NCBI GenBank assembly: GCA_002633005.1
Contig: NMRA01000548.1
Location: 223,001-287,000 of the forward strand
DNA from: Phoronis australis
Lineage: Eukaryota; Animalia; Phoronida
Direction of reading: 5' to 3'
Length of the DNA stretch: 64,000 nucleotides
Shown here: positions 24,801 through 35,800 of the stretch, one piece after another
Layout: each line of letters starts with the position of its first letter
Position numbering within the stretch: the first letter of the stretch is position 1
Translations under genes and position numbers: made by a program
The notes under the pieces: generated by a model
Seen by the model: only the letters and a program-made list of their open reading frames with translations
What the model was told of the DNA's origin: nothing
Databases searched by the model: none

Positions 24801-26829
24801 AATAGGCAAGAAGAGCAATGCTTAACTATTCTAAGATAACAGTGACAGTGACAGTGCTGTTGGTCACAGTGTCAGTGAATAATCCTGTCTAAAACGTGGT
24901 CTGCTGGTTCGGGCCAACAGTAGGGAGGACGTTTTTTTTAATTTTTTTTACAATACCCATGTGTCATACATTTTTGAAAAGCCCTTGGTGTGAGAAATGA
25001 AATGGTGCAAAAATCAGAAAAATTGGATGAGCGGTTGACGAGAAAATGGCCGTTGAAACATGATGATTATGCGTAAAATATCTGCCTTTATACATAATTT
25101 CGTAAAAAATAAAATAATGTACATGTGCTGCATATAAAAAGATTCGTCTAATCGAGACAAACATGGTGGTGTGTATTATATAAAATTTGGATCAATTTCT
25201 ACAGAGATATTGCTGTTTTAAGTGTGTTGTTAGCATATAGAACAGGCTCATCATGTTTGATGAAAACAATGGATTACACAGCTTAAAAGGTAAAGAGCAA
25301 AGACACCACATCAGCTCAGAAATAAATACATCTGAGCTAGGAGGAAATTTCACATCAAATCACAAGATCACATTGGTGGATTTGGGGGGGAAGGGGGCCT
25401 GGCCCATGGCCCCCCTAAAACTCCCATATTTCATTTGGCAGTTTGAGGGTGCAAATATCTTACGGATCAAATCCTGCGTAATACTCTGCCCTGCCCCCCT
25501 CCTATCTAAAAATCCTAGATCTGCACCCTGAATATTACTACATGGGCAACACATCATTGCGTGACAGTGACAGGGGGCTGGGGGAGGCTATAGCTCCCCA
25601 CTTTTTCAGTGCTGGGTGTCACCCATGTACTATTAGATCGTATCATGGCAAAAAACATCAGAAAGTAGACAAAAGACCATTTGGGAAAACAAATCACTCT
25701 TAACATAAAGGATTTCATCATTTACGCAACAAAAACTTTATAACAACTTTATTTCGAACGGTGAAGTTGCGATGCCATTGAACTTCAACGTAGCCGATGG
25801 TGGCGCTGACATGCGGCGACTTAGTGAACTAACGACTGCTGTTTGAAAAGTGCCAATGCGCAGCAGTTTGACAGAATTTCTGAAAATGAAATAATTACCA
25901 ATTAAAAGAGTGATAAATTCCTCATCTAAAAATCGGGGGGGCATATTGCGCAACTGGAAAAACATCAATCTCCCGACCGACCAAAATTAGGCCTTCCGGA
26001 CGATCGAAAACTCGCCATGAAAACTTGGTCTTGACTTCGAGAAAACAATTTGAGGAGATGCGCACGCATCTAAACTACATCCTGTCCAAATTTCATGTTT
26101 GTATTTGAGAGTATAGTGCTCTTTTGGATAGGAGGAACAAGAGGTACTTTTTCGAAAGTTGATCGCATGGCGGAAAATCGTGCGCTAAAAAAAGCTTACA
26201 AAAAATTATTTATCAGCGCTAATTTGAGACAAAAAGATTTACAAACTTACAAATAAAGACTAAGGTAACGATTTATAACACAAAATTGTCTTATAGTTAA
26301 CTTTGAAGTCCGAAATCGGGTAATTTACCGACGTGGGTTTTACACGGAGGCAGATATGGAGCACCGTGACCTACTTTTTGATTGTTCTCCCTACCAACAG
26401 AGGCGATGGTCATTGCCGAGGACTAGGCTAGGTTTAGTAGGTACGCAAAAAATCGCACCACAATTTTAGCAGCAGAATAACAGTAGAACGCCAATTTTCC
26501 AACACCATTTAATAACTTAGTTTACTCAAGGAAGAATGTAGTTTATAATGACACAAATTATGAGTCATATTTTATCTGGTCAGTTTTTTACCCACATCGG
26601 CGCAAAGCTGTATATTTAGTATACAGCTTTGCGCCAAGCCGGGCAAGGTTGAAGGTTAGCTGGCTGGCAAATGTCCGCCGTGGGAATTTTTCAACTTTCA
26701 AGTCGAAGTCCTGATTTCCATATTACCACATACAGTAATTGGTTTTACAATGATGCAGTTCAAGAACAAAACATAACCTCTAAAACTTCTAGCACCATCT
26801 CTTGATGTCGTGACTTGAAACTCTGACAT
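6832..26829 (-). CDS. NXF1: Nuclear RNA export factor 1 (NXF1/TAP/Mex67 family): RGG-rich N-terminus, RRM, LRR, NTF2-like and UBA/TAP-C domains
   Basis: GT-AG exons chained in phase: 26829-26778 (MSEFQVTTSRDGARSFR), 22706-22599, 21683-21599 (SRLDEDGDVSM), 20840-20645 (YNPY...WFRVT), 19881-19798 (IPHGEKFEKDFIL), [one RRM exon missing, probably in the gap], 17911-17840, 17666-17597 (MSKRY...LDLS), 16903-16707 (ENIPEVCGISLSNNRL), 15877-15771, 14161-14125 (FIRKKFPDVQKL), 13404-13280 (DGTDLPPPITFEVE), 12441-12278 (YDSDDRQSLLAAYH), 11577-11462, 10477-10356 (FSRTFIAVP), 8996-8939 (ISNDQL), 8424-8261 (FAQQSGMN), 6928-6832 (CLKQNEWSYENAAKAY...IPEEAFV*). Motifs follow human NXF1 in order. Confidence 0.95.
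6921..7008. repeat. 22-bp tandem repeat x4 spanning the NXF1 last-exon acceptor
   Basis: Units TCAAGCACCTGTC(A/G)AnnnAACA at 6921, 6943, 6965, 6987. Confidence 0.95.
9247..10085 (+). mobile_element. Helentron-associated non-autonomous element (HINE/DINE-1/pearl-like)
   Basis: Starts AACAAG; 5' subterminal ATGCGCCCACA (9271) is the reverse complement of 3' TGTGGGCGCAT (10070); 3' hairpin ATGCGTCCACAT..ATGTGGGCGCAT followed by an A-run; internal ~150-bp core repeats (CCAAATTTCATGAA...); (GGAC)n microsatellite near 10012-10037. Confidence 0.75.
11662..11868. mobile_element. Degenerate MITE, same family as 58592-58822
   Basis: GGGCCCGTTCC left end; internal sequence similar to the reverse complement of 58592-58822. 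Confidence 0.5.
11970..12206 (-). mobile_element. hAT-like MITE copy (family of 34079-34323 and 38274-38517)
   Basis: Shares AAGAGGAAA repeats and the GGAATTCCAAGC end with the other two copies, in reverse orientation. Confidence 0.6.
14162..15770 (-). other. NXF1 'cassette' intron (position of human NXF1 intron 10 / Drosophila sbr retained intron)
   Basis: Flanked by a 107-nt exon (15877-15771) and a 37-nt exon (14161-14125) at the conserved LRR-cap position. Read-through gives GTG AGG TGA, an immediate stop. Confidence 0.85.
17667..17839. repeat. ~36-38-bp minisatellite (about 5 units) making up an entire NXF1 intron
   Basis: Repeated AATGAAACACGTCCCACTCAATGTTTACCA-type units between exons 17597-17666 and 17840-17911. 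Confidence 0.9.
18004..18415 (-). mobile_element. PIF/Harbinger-type MITE, partial copy (reverse orientation)
   Basis: TTA|GGGCTGTTCCAGTAAAATCCGTATGGGAGGGG end; interior is the reverse complement of the right part of the copy at 29567-30110. Confidence 0.85.
18487..18636. other. Assembly gap (150 N)
   Basis: Run of N. Confidence 1.
18637..19005 (+). mobile_element. PIF/Harbinger-type MITE, partial copy (forward orientation)
   Basis: Ends ...GATTTTGCTGGAACAGCCC|TTA; near-identical to 29770-30110. Confidence 0.85.
21065..21174. mobile_element. Second copy of the 110-bp palindromic MITE
   Basis: Colinear and highly similar to 6547-6656; degenerate flanking repeat CAGTATGTT/CAGTCTGTC. Confidence 0.85.
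22790..22931 (-). mobile_element. tRNA-derived SINE (head and part of body)
   Basis: Minus strand GGGGCAGTGTGGTCTAGCG (A box) ... GTGGGTTCAAATCCCAC (B box), then a body shared with 23195-23433. Confidence 0.75.
23195..23433 (-). mobile_element. tRNA-derived SINE
   Basis: GAGGCAGTGTGGCCTGGTTG (A box) ... GTGGGTTCGAGTCCCAC (B box); ~170-bp body colinear with 48845-49075. Confidence 0.8.
26445..26650. repeat. Dispersed repeat containing a 16-bp hairpin; inverted copy at ~49550-49760
   Basis: GGCGCAAAGCTGTATA-TTTAG-TATACAGCTTTGCGCC (26599-26635); flanks align with the reverse complement of 49550-49760. Confidence 0.75.
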
Positions 26830-26972
26830 TTTCCAAAATTTCCAGACACGCGATGTGTACTACGTCATCAAAATTGTATTTCAAATCTGCCCGTGACGTT
26901 TTTCACTACTTCCGTCACAGATAGAGAGGTTCATTCGAATTCGCATTCGAACAAGGCTGAGTTCAAATTCAG
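26830..26972. promoter_or_regulatory. Putative bidirectional promoter NXF1 (-) / TBCE (+), including a likely non-coding TBCE exon 1
   Basis: NXF1 ATG at 26829; CpG-containing stretch with CRE/ATF-like TACGTCA and GTGACGT and ETS-like ACTTCCG; plus-strand donor candidate CAG|GTACAG at 26972/3. The first coding TBCE exon has an acceptor 10 nt before its ATG, so an upstream exon is needed. Confidence 0.65.
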
Positions 26973-28519
26973 GTACAGGTTGTTATGCTATTTTTCACAT
27001 TTGGGTTTTGATTTGGAAACCTTTGACTTTGTAATTTGTTATGCCATGTAATTGTTTTCAGTTTACACATTTAATTGACACTTGACACAATGACAATTGA
27101 CAATGTTGACTTTACCCTGAGCTCTGGATCTCAGTGAGTAATAGTCAGTGACAGTGGGCTATTTTTAGCGCTGACGAAGACTTTCTGTCCCAGTCTCAGT
27201 CTCATCCGATCTGCCTTACCTTGATGACATTACAGAGCTAGTTCAGGCAAGCACAGGTATTCATAATCCTGCATCCTGTATCAGGTATGGAATCCAATAG
27301 GTAATTCCTATCCAGTCTCCAATGCCAATGGCCAATGCCAATGGCAATTCCATCTTTAACATTGCATTTGTACTGATTTGTAGTAATTGTCAGAATTGTA
27401 GCTGTAGGCAATGGGATCATAATAGGTTATGCATCGATCAAGCCACTGGAAGTCGGTTCGGCGTTGTTTGTGTTTTGTTAAGTATTGCTCATCTGCTATC
27501 ATTATGCACCCCCCAAACATATGTGCATGGGCGCATATTACTGAGCTTGCCATCATCCTCACCTGTTTGGCGTCTATCTCAAGTCCGCTGCAGTATATCC
27601 AAAATGCTGGCTTAATAGATATTTGTAAAACTTTGCAGACATGTTGCTATATATTTGATGAGGTGGCAGGAGAGAATTTTAGAATTCTGACTGCCGCTGC
27701 AGTCTTCACATATCCTATTGTCAGTGGCTATTGTAAGTTTTTACAATTGCCTCTGTATAGATCATCGGAGTTCCTTAATGGGTTTCTATGAAATTTGACA
27801 AATAGGGGTCTATTAGGGAGACGATGACGCCATCTGGTTTTCAGATGGATTTGACATATTCTGCAACAAATACTGAAGTCTATCGGTCAAGTTGCTCTGG
27901 AAATTGTTATCAAATTTGGCATAGTACGTGTTCCTATTGCAGGGCTTGATGCTAGTAGCATAAAACCAATGCTCCAAACACGACCTGTTCACCGTTTAGT
28001 TGAAACCAAGGTCTCCCTACCTTTGTTGGTTAGATCCAAAAATGACCACCAGTTTTCCTCCATTCCCAGTCTCGGGGGCCCAATATTACGTATACAGGCT
28101 CACTTCCTTTGGCAAACAAATGCAAATGGGGCCTTTTGGTTTTTGCCAAAGGGTGATTTCCCTCTCATATCAATCGTTGTTTTTTTAATGTGTTTTCAGA
28201 TGTGCTGTGGTACCTTGGGATTTTTAACAGGTCGTCGAGGTAAAACGGCCAAATACATTTAAAATAACCATCAGCCTACCACCTGTGGAAGTACTGTGAC
28301 AGTTGCCCAGTGGGGAGGGGGTGTTTGTAGTTCACATGCACTTAATGGTAATAATGTCTTTGGTTAGATTCGCATTTACCATGAACATGATTCAGCTTGG
28401 TCGGTTTCAAGCAATTTTTATTTAAAAGCGAATTATACCTGTATGTAGCACTATCAAAGTGTATCACTATTGTCCTGATAAATCTGCATGTGTTTTCTTT
28501 TTTCATCAGATGGTTGAAG

Positions 28520-29160
28520 ATGTCGTCTGACCTTCATGACTTCACTATTGGCCAACGAATTCTGTGTGATGGACACGTTGCGACTATCAAGTACACCGGC
28601 GAAGTTCCCCCCACTAAAGGTGAGTATTGAATATTGGAAGACGAGCACAACGTAGTCTAATGTTAAGATTTACTCTATGATTTGATTTTTCTTCTTGACC
28701 AATTTGAAGCCATCATTGTTTATTACTAGTAGAGTCACCAGCCATGTGTTTAAGAAATAGAATGTCTGTTTCTCAAACCTGTTTTGAGCTCATTTGTGAA
28801 GGAAACATTAACAAGCTCAAGCTCAAGCTCATCTATCACAAATCTAACAGTATTTCATTCATCAATTTCAAGTTCTTGTCAATTTTAACTTTTCTCAAAA
28901 GATTCCATACTCATCTATTCACGTTTTATTCACTTTTCTTATGTTTTCAATGGTAGCACTTTGTGAAGCAGCGTACAACTTCGTGTTTGTTGTAATTATT
29001 AAAATTTTTGATGAACACAACTGCACAGCAATGCCTACCTGTTGAACTTGTCGTCTTAACTCATTTCAATTGCAGGTGATTGGCTTGGTGTTGAGTGGGA
29101 TGATCCCAGTAGAGGGAAACATAATGGAACACATGAAGGAAAGACTTATTTTACCACGCA
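28520..29160 (+). CDS. TBCE: TBCE coding exons 1-2, duplicate copy (CAP-Gly domain start)
   Basis: 28520-28619 [33 protein letters not shown]; 29076-29160 [26 protein letters not shown]. Same protein sequence as copy 2. Confidence 0.85.
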
Positions 29161-29315
29161 GTGAGTTGAAAGTCTTGTCTCACTGAATTTCACTGTGCCA
29201 TGTTTGAATCAAGTTGTCTGAAATGATTTATTTTTGTGTTTCCAGTTGTTTGAATGAAGACGTTTTATCTGCCTTACAATTACACATCGTTATTTAAATT
29301 CAACTACTATCTTAG

Positions 29316-29561
29316 TTTGGTAAAATCTCACCAATTTTGAACAAAAATAATTGCCAAAATGACAGTTTGTCTGGGGCTTCTTACACTGTTGTGAATGCCT
29401 ACGATTTTGAAAACTTTGTCAGATAGTGGCTGTGGTACAAATTTTGAACATAGAAAAGCATTCCATTTGGGGCTGCTTACGTTTCATTTAGAAAATGATA
29501 AAATAGAATTTCACTAGCCAACCATACTGGGTCCTGAATTGGTGAGAGATTTCACCAAACA
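29316..29561. mobile_element. Palindromic-ended MITE (related copies ~20185-20480, 32568-32812, 52170-52388)
   Basis: TTGGTAAAATCTCACCAATT ... AATTGGTGAGAGATTTCACCAA ends; shared ACAAAAATAATTGCCAAAAT interior. Confidence 0.7.
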
Positions 29562-29566
29562 CCTTA

Positions 29567-30110
29567 GGGCTGTTCCAGTAAAATCTGTATGGGAGGGGGG
29601 GGAAGGCACCTTTTTTTTGCACCCACCACCCATATTTTTCATTTATTTCTTCAGCCTACCACCCGTAATTTTTTATAAGTTTGAAATGCAACCACCCGTA
29701 ATTTTTTTTTGTTCTTGTGGTTGACTGCCCAGGCGCTTGAGTTTATCTGTTCCTCCATCACCACTAACGGCATTCATTACTAAGAAAACATATGTTTCTT
29801 ATATATGGTTATTAGCCATCGAGAAATTCAAGCACCTGTGGTTAACTGGTGTTATGGGCATGCCGATTAGGAGATCGGAGGGAATGAAAAAGTCGGAGCT
29901 TTTTGCAAGCTGCATTTTTGTTTCAGTTTTTGATTCCGTGCGAATTGTTTATAAAATTTACTAAAATTACCCACCATCAAACATTTATGGCCCAATGAAA
30001 CAACAACGACCTGTAAATTTTTATTTTTTTGAAGTACGACCACCAGCCATTTTGAATTTAAATCAAACGCAACCACCCATAAATTTTTATTTCAGTTGCC
30101 TTCCCCCCCT
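29567..30110 (+). mobile_element. PIF/Harbinger-type MITE, nearly full length, cut by the N join
   Basis: Inserted at CACCTTA|GGGCTGTTCCAG; the duplicate copy has the empty site CACCTTACGTG (32811-32821). TTA target and GGGC termini are Harbinger hallmarks. Confidence 0.9.
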
Positions 30111-30111
30111 N

Positions 30112-32816
30112 TATTTAGTATACAGCTTTGCGCCAAGCCGGGCAAGGTTGAAGGTTAGCTGGCTGGCAAATGTCCGCCGTGGGAATTTTTCAACTTTCAA
30201 GTCGAAGTCCTGATTTCCATATTACCACATACAGTAATTGGTTTTACAATGATGCAGTTCAAGAACAAAACATTACCTCTAAAACTTCTAGCACCATCTC
30301 TTGATGTCGTGACTTGAAACTCTGACATTTTCCAAAATTTCCAGACACGCGATGTGTACTACGTCATCAAAATTGTATTACAAATCTGCCCGTGACGTTT
30401 TTCACTACTTCCGTCACAGATAGAGAGGTTCATTCGAATTCGCATTCGAACAAGGCTGAGTTCAAATTCAGGTACAGGTTGTTATGCTATTTTTCACATT
30501 TGGGTTTTGATTTGGAAACCTTTGACTTTGTAATTTGTTATGCCATGTAACTGTTTTCAGTTTACACATTTAATTGACACTTGACACAATGACAATGTTG
30601 ACTTTACTTGACCCTGAGCTCTGGTAACTGGATCTCAGTGAGTGACAGTCAGTGGGCTATTTTTAGCGCTGACGAAGACGTTCTTTCTCAGTCTCAGTCT
30701 CATCCGATCTGCCTTACCTTGATGACATTATAGAGCTAGTTCAGGCAAGCACAGGTATTCGTAATCCTGCATCCTGTATCAGGTATGGGATCCAATTGGC
30801 AAATCCTATCCAGTTGCAAATGGCAATGCCATCTTTAACATTGTCAGAATTGTAGCTGAATGGGATCATAATACTCATCGTCACCTGTCTGGCGTCTATC
30901 TCAAGTCCGCTGCAGTATATCCAACATGCAAGCTTGATAGATATTTGTAAAATTTTGCAGACATGTTGCCATATGTGATGAGGTGGCAGGAGAGAATTTT
31001 ACAGTTCTGACTGCCGCTGCACAGTTTTTACAATTGCCTCTGTATAGATCGTCGGAGTTCCTTGAATGGGTTTCTTTGGAATTTGACAAATAGGGGTCTA
31101 TTAGGGAGACGATGACGCCATCTGGTTTTCAGATGGATTTAACATATTCTGCACCACCAAGTGAAGTCTATCGGTCAAATTGCTCTGGGAATCGTTATCA
31201 AATTTGGCATAGTACGTGTTCCTATTGCAGGGCTTGATGCTTGTAGCATAAAACCAGCGTTCCAAACACGACCTGTTCACCGTTTAATTTAAACCAAGGT
31301 CTCCCTACCTTTGTTGGTTAGAGCCAAAAATGACCAGTTTTCCTCCATTCCCAGTCTCGGGGGCCCAATATTCCGTATACAGGCTCACTTCCTTTGGCAA
31401 ACAAATGCAAATGGGCCCTTTCGGTTTTTGCCAAAGGGTGATTTCCCTCTCTACTTTACTGATCCGTTGTTTTTTTGAATGTGTTTTCAGATGTGCTGTG
31501 GTGACTTGGGATTTTTAACAGGTCGTCGAGCAAAACGGTCAAATACATTTAAAATAGCCATCAACCTACCACCTGTGGAAGTACTGTGTCAGTGGGGCGG
31601 GGGTGTTTGTAGTTCACATGCACTGAATGGTGATAATGTCTGTGTTAGATTCGCATTTACCATGAACATGATTCAGCTTGGCCGGTTTCAAGCAATTTTT
31701 ATTTAAAAGCGAATTATACCTGTATGTAGCATTGTCAAAGTGTATCACTATTGTCCTGATAAAACTACATGTGTTTTTTCATTAGATGGTTGAAGATGTC
31801 ATCTGACCTTCATGACTTCACTATTGGCCAACGAATTCTGTGTGATGGACACGTTGCGACTATCAAGTACACCGGCGAAGTTCCCCCCACTAAAGGTGAG
31901 CATTGAATATTGGAAGACGAGCACAGCGTAGTCTAATGTTAAGATTTACTCTATGATTTGATTTTTCTTCTTGACCATTTTTGAAGCCATCATTGTTCAT
32001 TACTAGTAGAGTCACCAGCCATGTGTTTAAGAACCTGTTTTGAGCTCATTTGTGAAGGAAACATTAACAAGCTCAGTTGTTCACCATGTATCACAAATCT
32101 AACAGTATTGCATTCATCAATTTCAAGTTCTTGTCAATTTTAACTTCTCTCAAAAGATTCCATACTCATCTATTCACGTTTTATTCACTTTTCTTATGTT
32201 TTCAATGGTAGCACTTTGTGAAGCAGCGTACAACATCGTGTTTGTTGTAATTATTAAAAATTTTTGATGAACACAACTGCACAGCAATGCCTACCTTTTG
32301 AACTTGTCATCTTAACTCATTTCAATTGCAGGTGATTGGCTTGGTGTTGAGTGGGATGATCCCAGTAGAGGGAAACATAATGGTACACATGAAGGAAAGA
32401 CTTATTTTACCACGCAGTGAGTTCAAAGGCTTGTCTTGCTGAATTTCACTATGTCATGTTTGAATCAAGTTGTCTGAAATAATTTATTTTTGTGTTTCCA
32501 GTTGTTTTAAGACGTTTTATCTGCCTTATAATTACACATTGTTATTTAAATTCAAATAATATTTTAGTTTGGTAAAATCTCACCAGTTTTGAACAAAAAT
32601 AATTGCCAAAATGACATTTTGTCTGGGGCTTCCTACGCTGTTGTGAATGCCTACGATTTTGAAAACTTTGTCAATAGTGGCTATGGTACAAATTTTGAAC
32701 ATAGAAAAGCATTCCATTTGGAGCTGCTTACGTTTCATTTAGAAAATGAACAAATAGAATTTTACTAGCCAACCATACTGGGTCCTGAATTGGTGAGAGA
32801 TTTCACCAAACACCTT
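30112..32816 (+). repeat. Copy 2 of the ~2.9-kb duplication (includes a second NXF1 exon 1 at 30328-30277)
   Basis: Begins immediately after the single N at 30111. Confidence 0.95.
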
Positions 32817-35800
32817 ACGTGATTATAGCAATTTAACTAAGTTAGAGTAGATGTAGGTAGTAATTTAAGTAAATTTTTTACGACTCAAAATTGAACAAAT
32901 TCTGTTCAAAAGAAAAGTTTGTGAAACTTGACTGATAGGTAGATGTTTGATCATTTATTTGACAGTGAAACAATGAGAGGCTGAATCAAGATGGCGATCA
33001 TTTATTTTTCTCTCGATTCACCAGATGGCGATGCTGAACATACAAATAAATGACACAGCAGTAGATTGTAAAAATTTATTTTATTGCATTAGGGAGTATA
33101 GTTCAAATGTTGTGGCACATTACAGACATGAAACCTCTGGCTCTTTCATTCGGCCCAAGAAAGCCAACACTGGAATAACTCTTGAGCGGGCCCTCCAGGA
33201 GCGTTATGGCATTGTGGATGATGAGAATGCTGGTGTTATCACGGAAGATATGTTTGTATACGGTGACAAGAACCAGATGACTGAAGTAGAAGTTGTTGGG
33301 ATGAAAGCTCTTAATGAACGCCAAAGGTACTGACTGTAAAACATTGGCAAGACCAGGCATTGCTGTAAGAATGCCTAAAAAATTGCAGCAGCATTTCAAT
33401 AGAGAAAATTTGATGTTCTTTAGGATGTGAGGTAAGAAAATGCTCACTGGAGGACTGTAGCGTTGCTCACAACCGCATTCCGTATTTTCAATATTGCAGA
33501 ACAGTGAAGTGTACTCTTGCCTTTTTTTTCGAAATTCTGAGTGTAGTCAGATTTTTGCCTAAGTTTACTGCTCGAGATTTTGTTCAATATTTGTGGTAAT
33601 GCTTTAGTGAAGGTGACAAACTGGGACAAATGTGTCTTGTGTCTGTACAATGTTTCTCTGTTCCAACTAAACAGATAGGTGTGAAAATGCTGTGCAATAA
33701 AGTTACAGCTGCAAGATGGATTTGGTGAATCTTTTTTGCAACTTCTTTCAGCAAGTTTGATGCACTGGTTGAAGTTGCACTACGAGACGCCGTCATCAAT
33801 GGTGCCAGCCCAGGTGAAGTTCTAAAATCGTTGGCTCCTAACATAACGGAACTGGATATCTCCAAAAATCTTATCTCTTCATGGGAGGAAGTAGCTAAAA
33901 TTGCTAGTCAACTGTCAAGACTTGAAGTATTGACTCTTAGGTAGGTCATTCAATGCTGCTAGGTTGGATTGGTGTTTTTTCAAAGTCTCTATGATACTTT
34001 TTAAATGCAGTATATGCTTTCATTATACGAAAATTTTACTCTATAGTAACAGTTGTATTGTGCTATATGCATCCCTTACAAGGCTTGAGATTTTCCACCT
34101 TTATGAGGATTTCTTCTTTTTGGTTTTGATTTCCTCTTTTTGATTTCCAATTTCCTCTTTTTTGTCCCTTCTTATCATTTTTTGGCTTTATTCAATGCAA
34201 ACGTTTATTTCACTTAAATTTTATGACACAAAAGGGTTTCTATCACAGAAACCTATTTATTTGTGGAATGATAAATGACTGGGAAAATTTTCCTCTTTTT
34301 GTCATTGGTCATTCCAAGCCCTGCCCTTAGCAATACTGTTGATCAATGTTGCTAACCTCAACCTTCAATCAAACTTGACTTAAAGGTGTGTATAAAATAA
34401 CACTGAATTGTGTATTTTTGGTGAATTTGTAATTTTTGTTTCTGGTTAGCCTTACATTTTGTGAAGTTTTGATTTACCTTTTCTCAAGTTTTGAGCCATG
34501 GCTAACTAGATGTAGAATGAGAATTTTCAAATTTTGAAGAAGAATATGGAAAAGCCCAATCTCTACCTAAAGGCAGGTTTTACTTCCTTTCTGCAAAGAG
34601 TGAAAGAAATTATATATGCCTGTAATCGTGGGAAATTGAGAACATTTTTGCAACTGTGTCAGAAGTAAATGACAGTCACTATAATTATGTCAAGTTAATA
34701 ATTGTGATATTTACATTCAATTTTATTAAGTTCGCATTGATCTTTGAACAGGTTAGTGAATTGGGCTCTTGCTCTGTTAAAAAAATTTGATACTATTGAA
34801 AGGAAAAGCACCGTCATGGTGTAACGTTGTGAGATTTTTTACACATAGTGGAAGGCACTTTTTTATCTTACAAGTTTCGATGTAAGTTTTCTTTGATTAG
34901 ATTTAAAATGGTGTTTTATCTTTCTCATGGCTGTTTATACGTGACTTAATTGCTTGTTCGAAAGTGACTCACTTGGGATTCATGGATGTTGAAGGTTATT
35001 TATTTCCTATCAATTTCAGTGAAAACAAACTGTTATTACCTGAAAACAAAGTGAATTTAAGAACAGCATTTTCTGCCTTGCGTGTTTTGTTGTTGAACAA
35101 GATGGCCTTAACTTGGAAAGAGGTAAGAAAGTATTCAAAATAGTTGTGCACCTACTTGGGACTCCATCTCATGTTCAGACATTGAACCAACTATTCCAAT
35201 CACCTCACAGCCATGTTACAAATTGCGCACGGTATGATAAGCTATGAATTTGGGGGATTTCATCTACGGTGCTGCTGTTGTTTTTCAAAATATAATGCAT
35301 TGTGGGACGGTTGTTGGTATCTAAACATCCGGTGACACAACTGATAGCTTGGTGATGTGTATTAAAGCAATACGATGAAATATTATTTTTAATAATTGTA
35401 TCTAATTGTCACCTGAGCGAACTAAAATTGAAAGTATGTGTCCACAGCTGCTGGTGTACCATTAAACAATGATTGAAACTGAGCCGCAAGATGTATCGAA
35501 TTAGCAAATCTTTTTCGTAAAACATATTCTCATATGGGTTATATGATTAAGCTGAAACGCAAAACATCTGATTAAACGCAAAACAAAAATCAGGCCATGC
35601 GTTCCCAAGCCATCTATGACATCATCAGATGTTTACAAGCTGACAAGTTGACAACAGTTCCACATTGCATTTCAAAAACAAGTACAGCAACAAATACGAA
35701 AGCCTCCGAATTCCAGCTTTTTTAGTTCACTTGGCTATCTTGTGCATGGGGTGGAATGTTGGTCAGATTTATGAGGATTTCCGATGCTGCTAAATAGTGA

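Larger units (their letters stand above)
26613..29566 (+). repeat. Copy 1 of a ~2.9-kb direct duplication (probably allelic)
   Basis: Colinear with 30112-32816, with scattered substitutions and indels. Confidence 0.95.
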
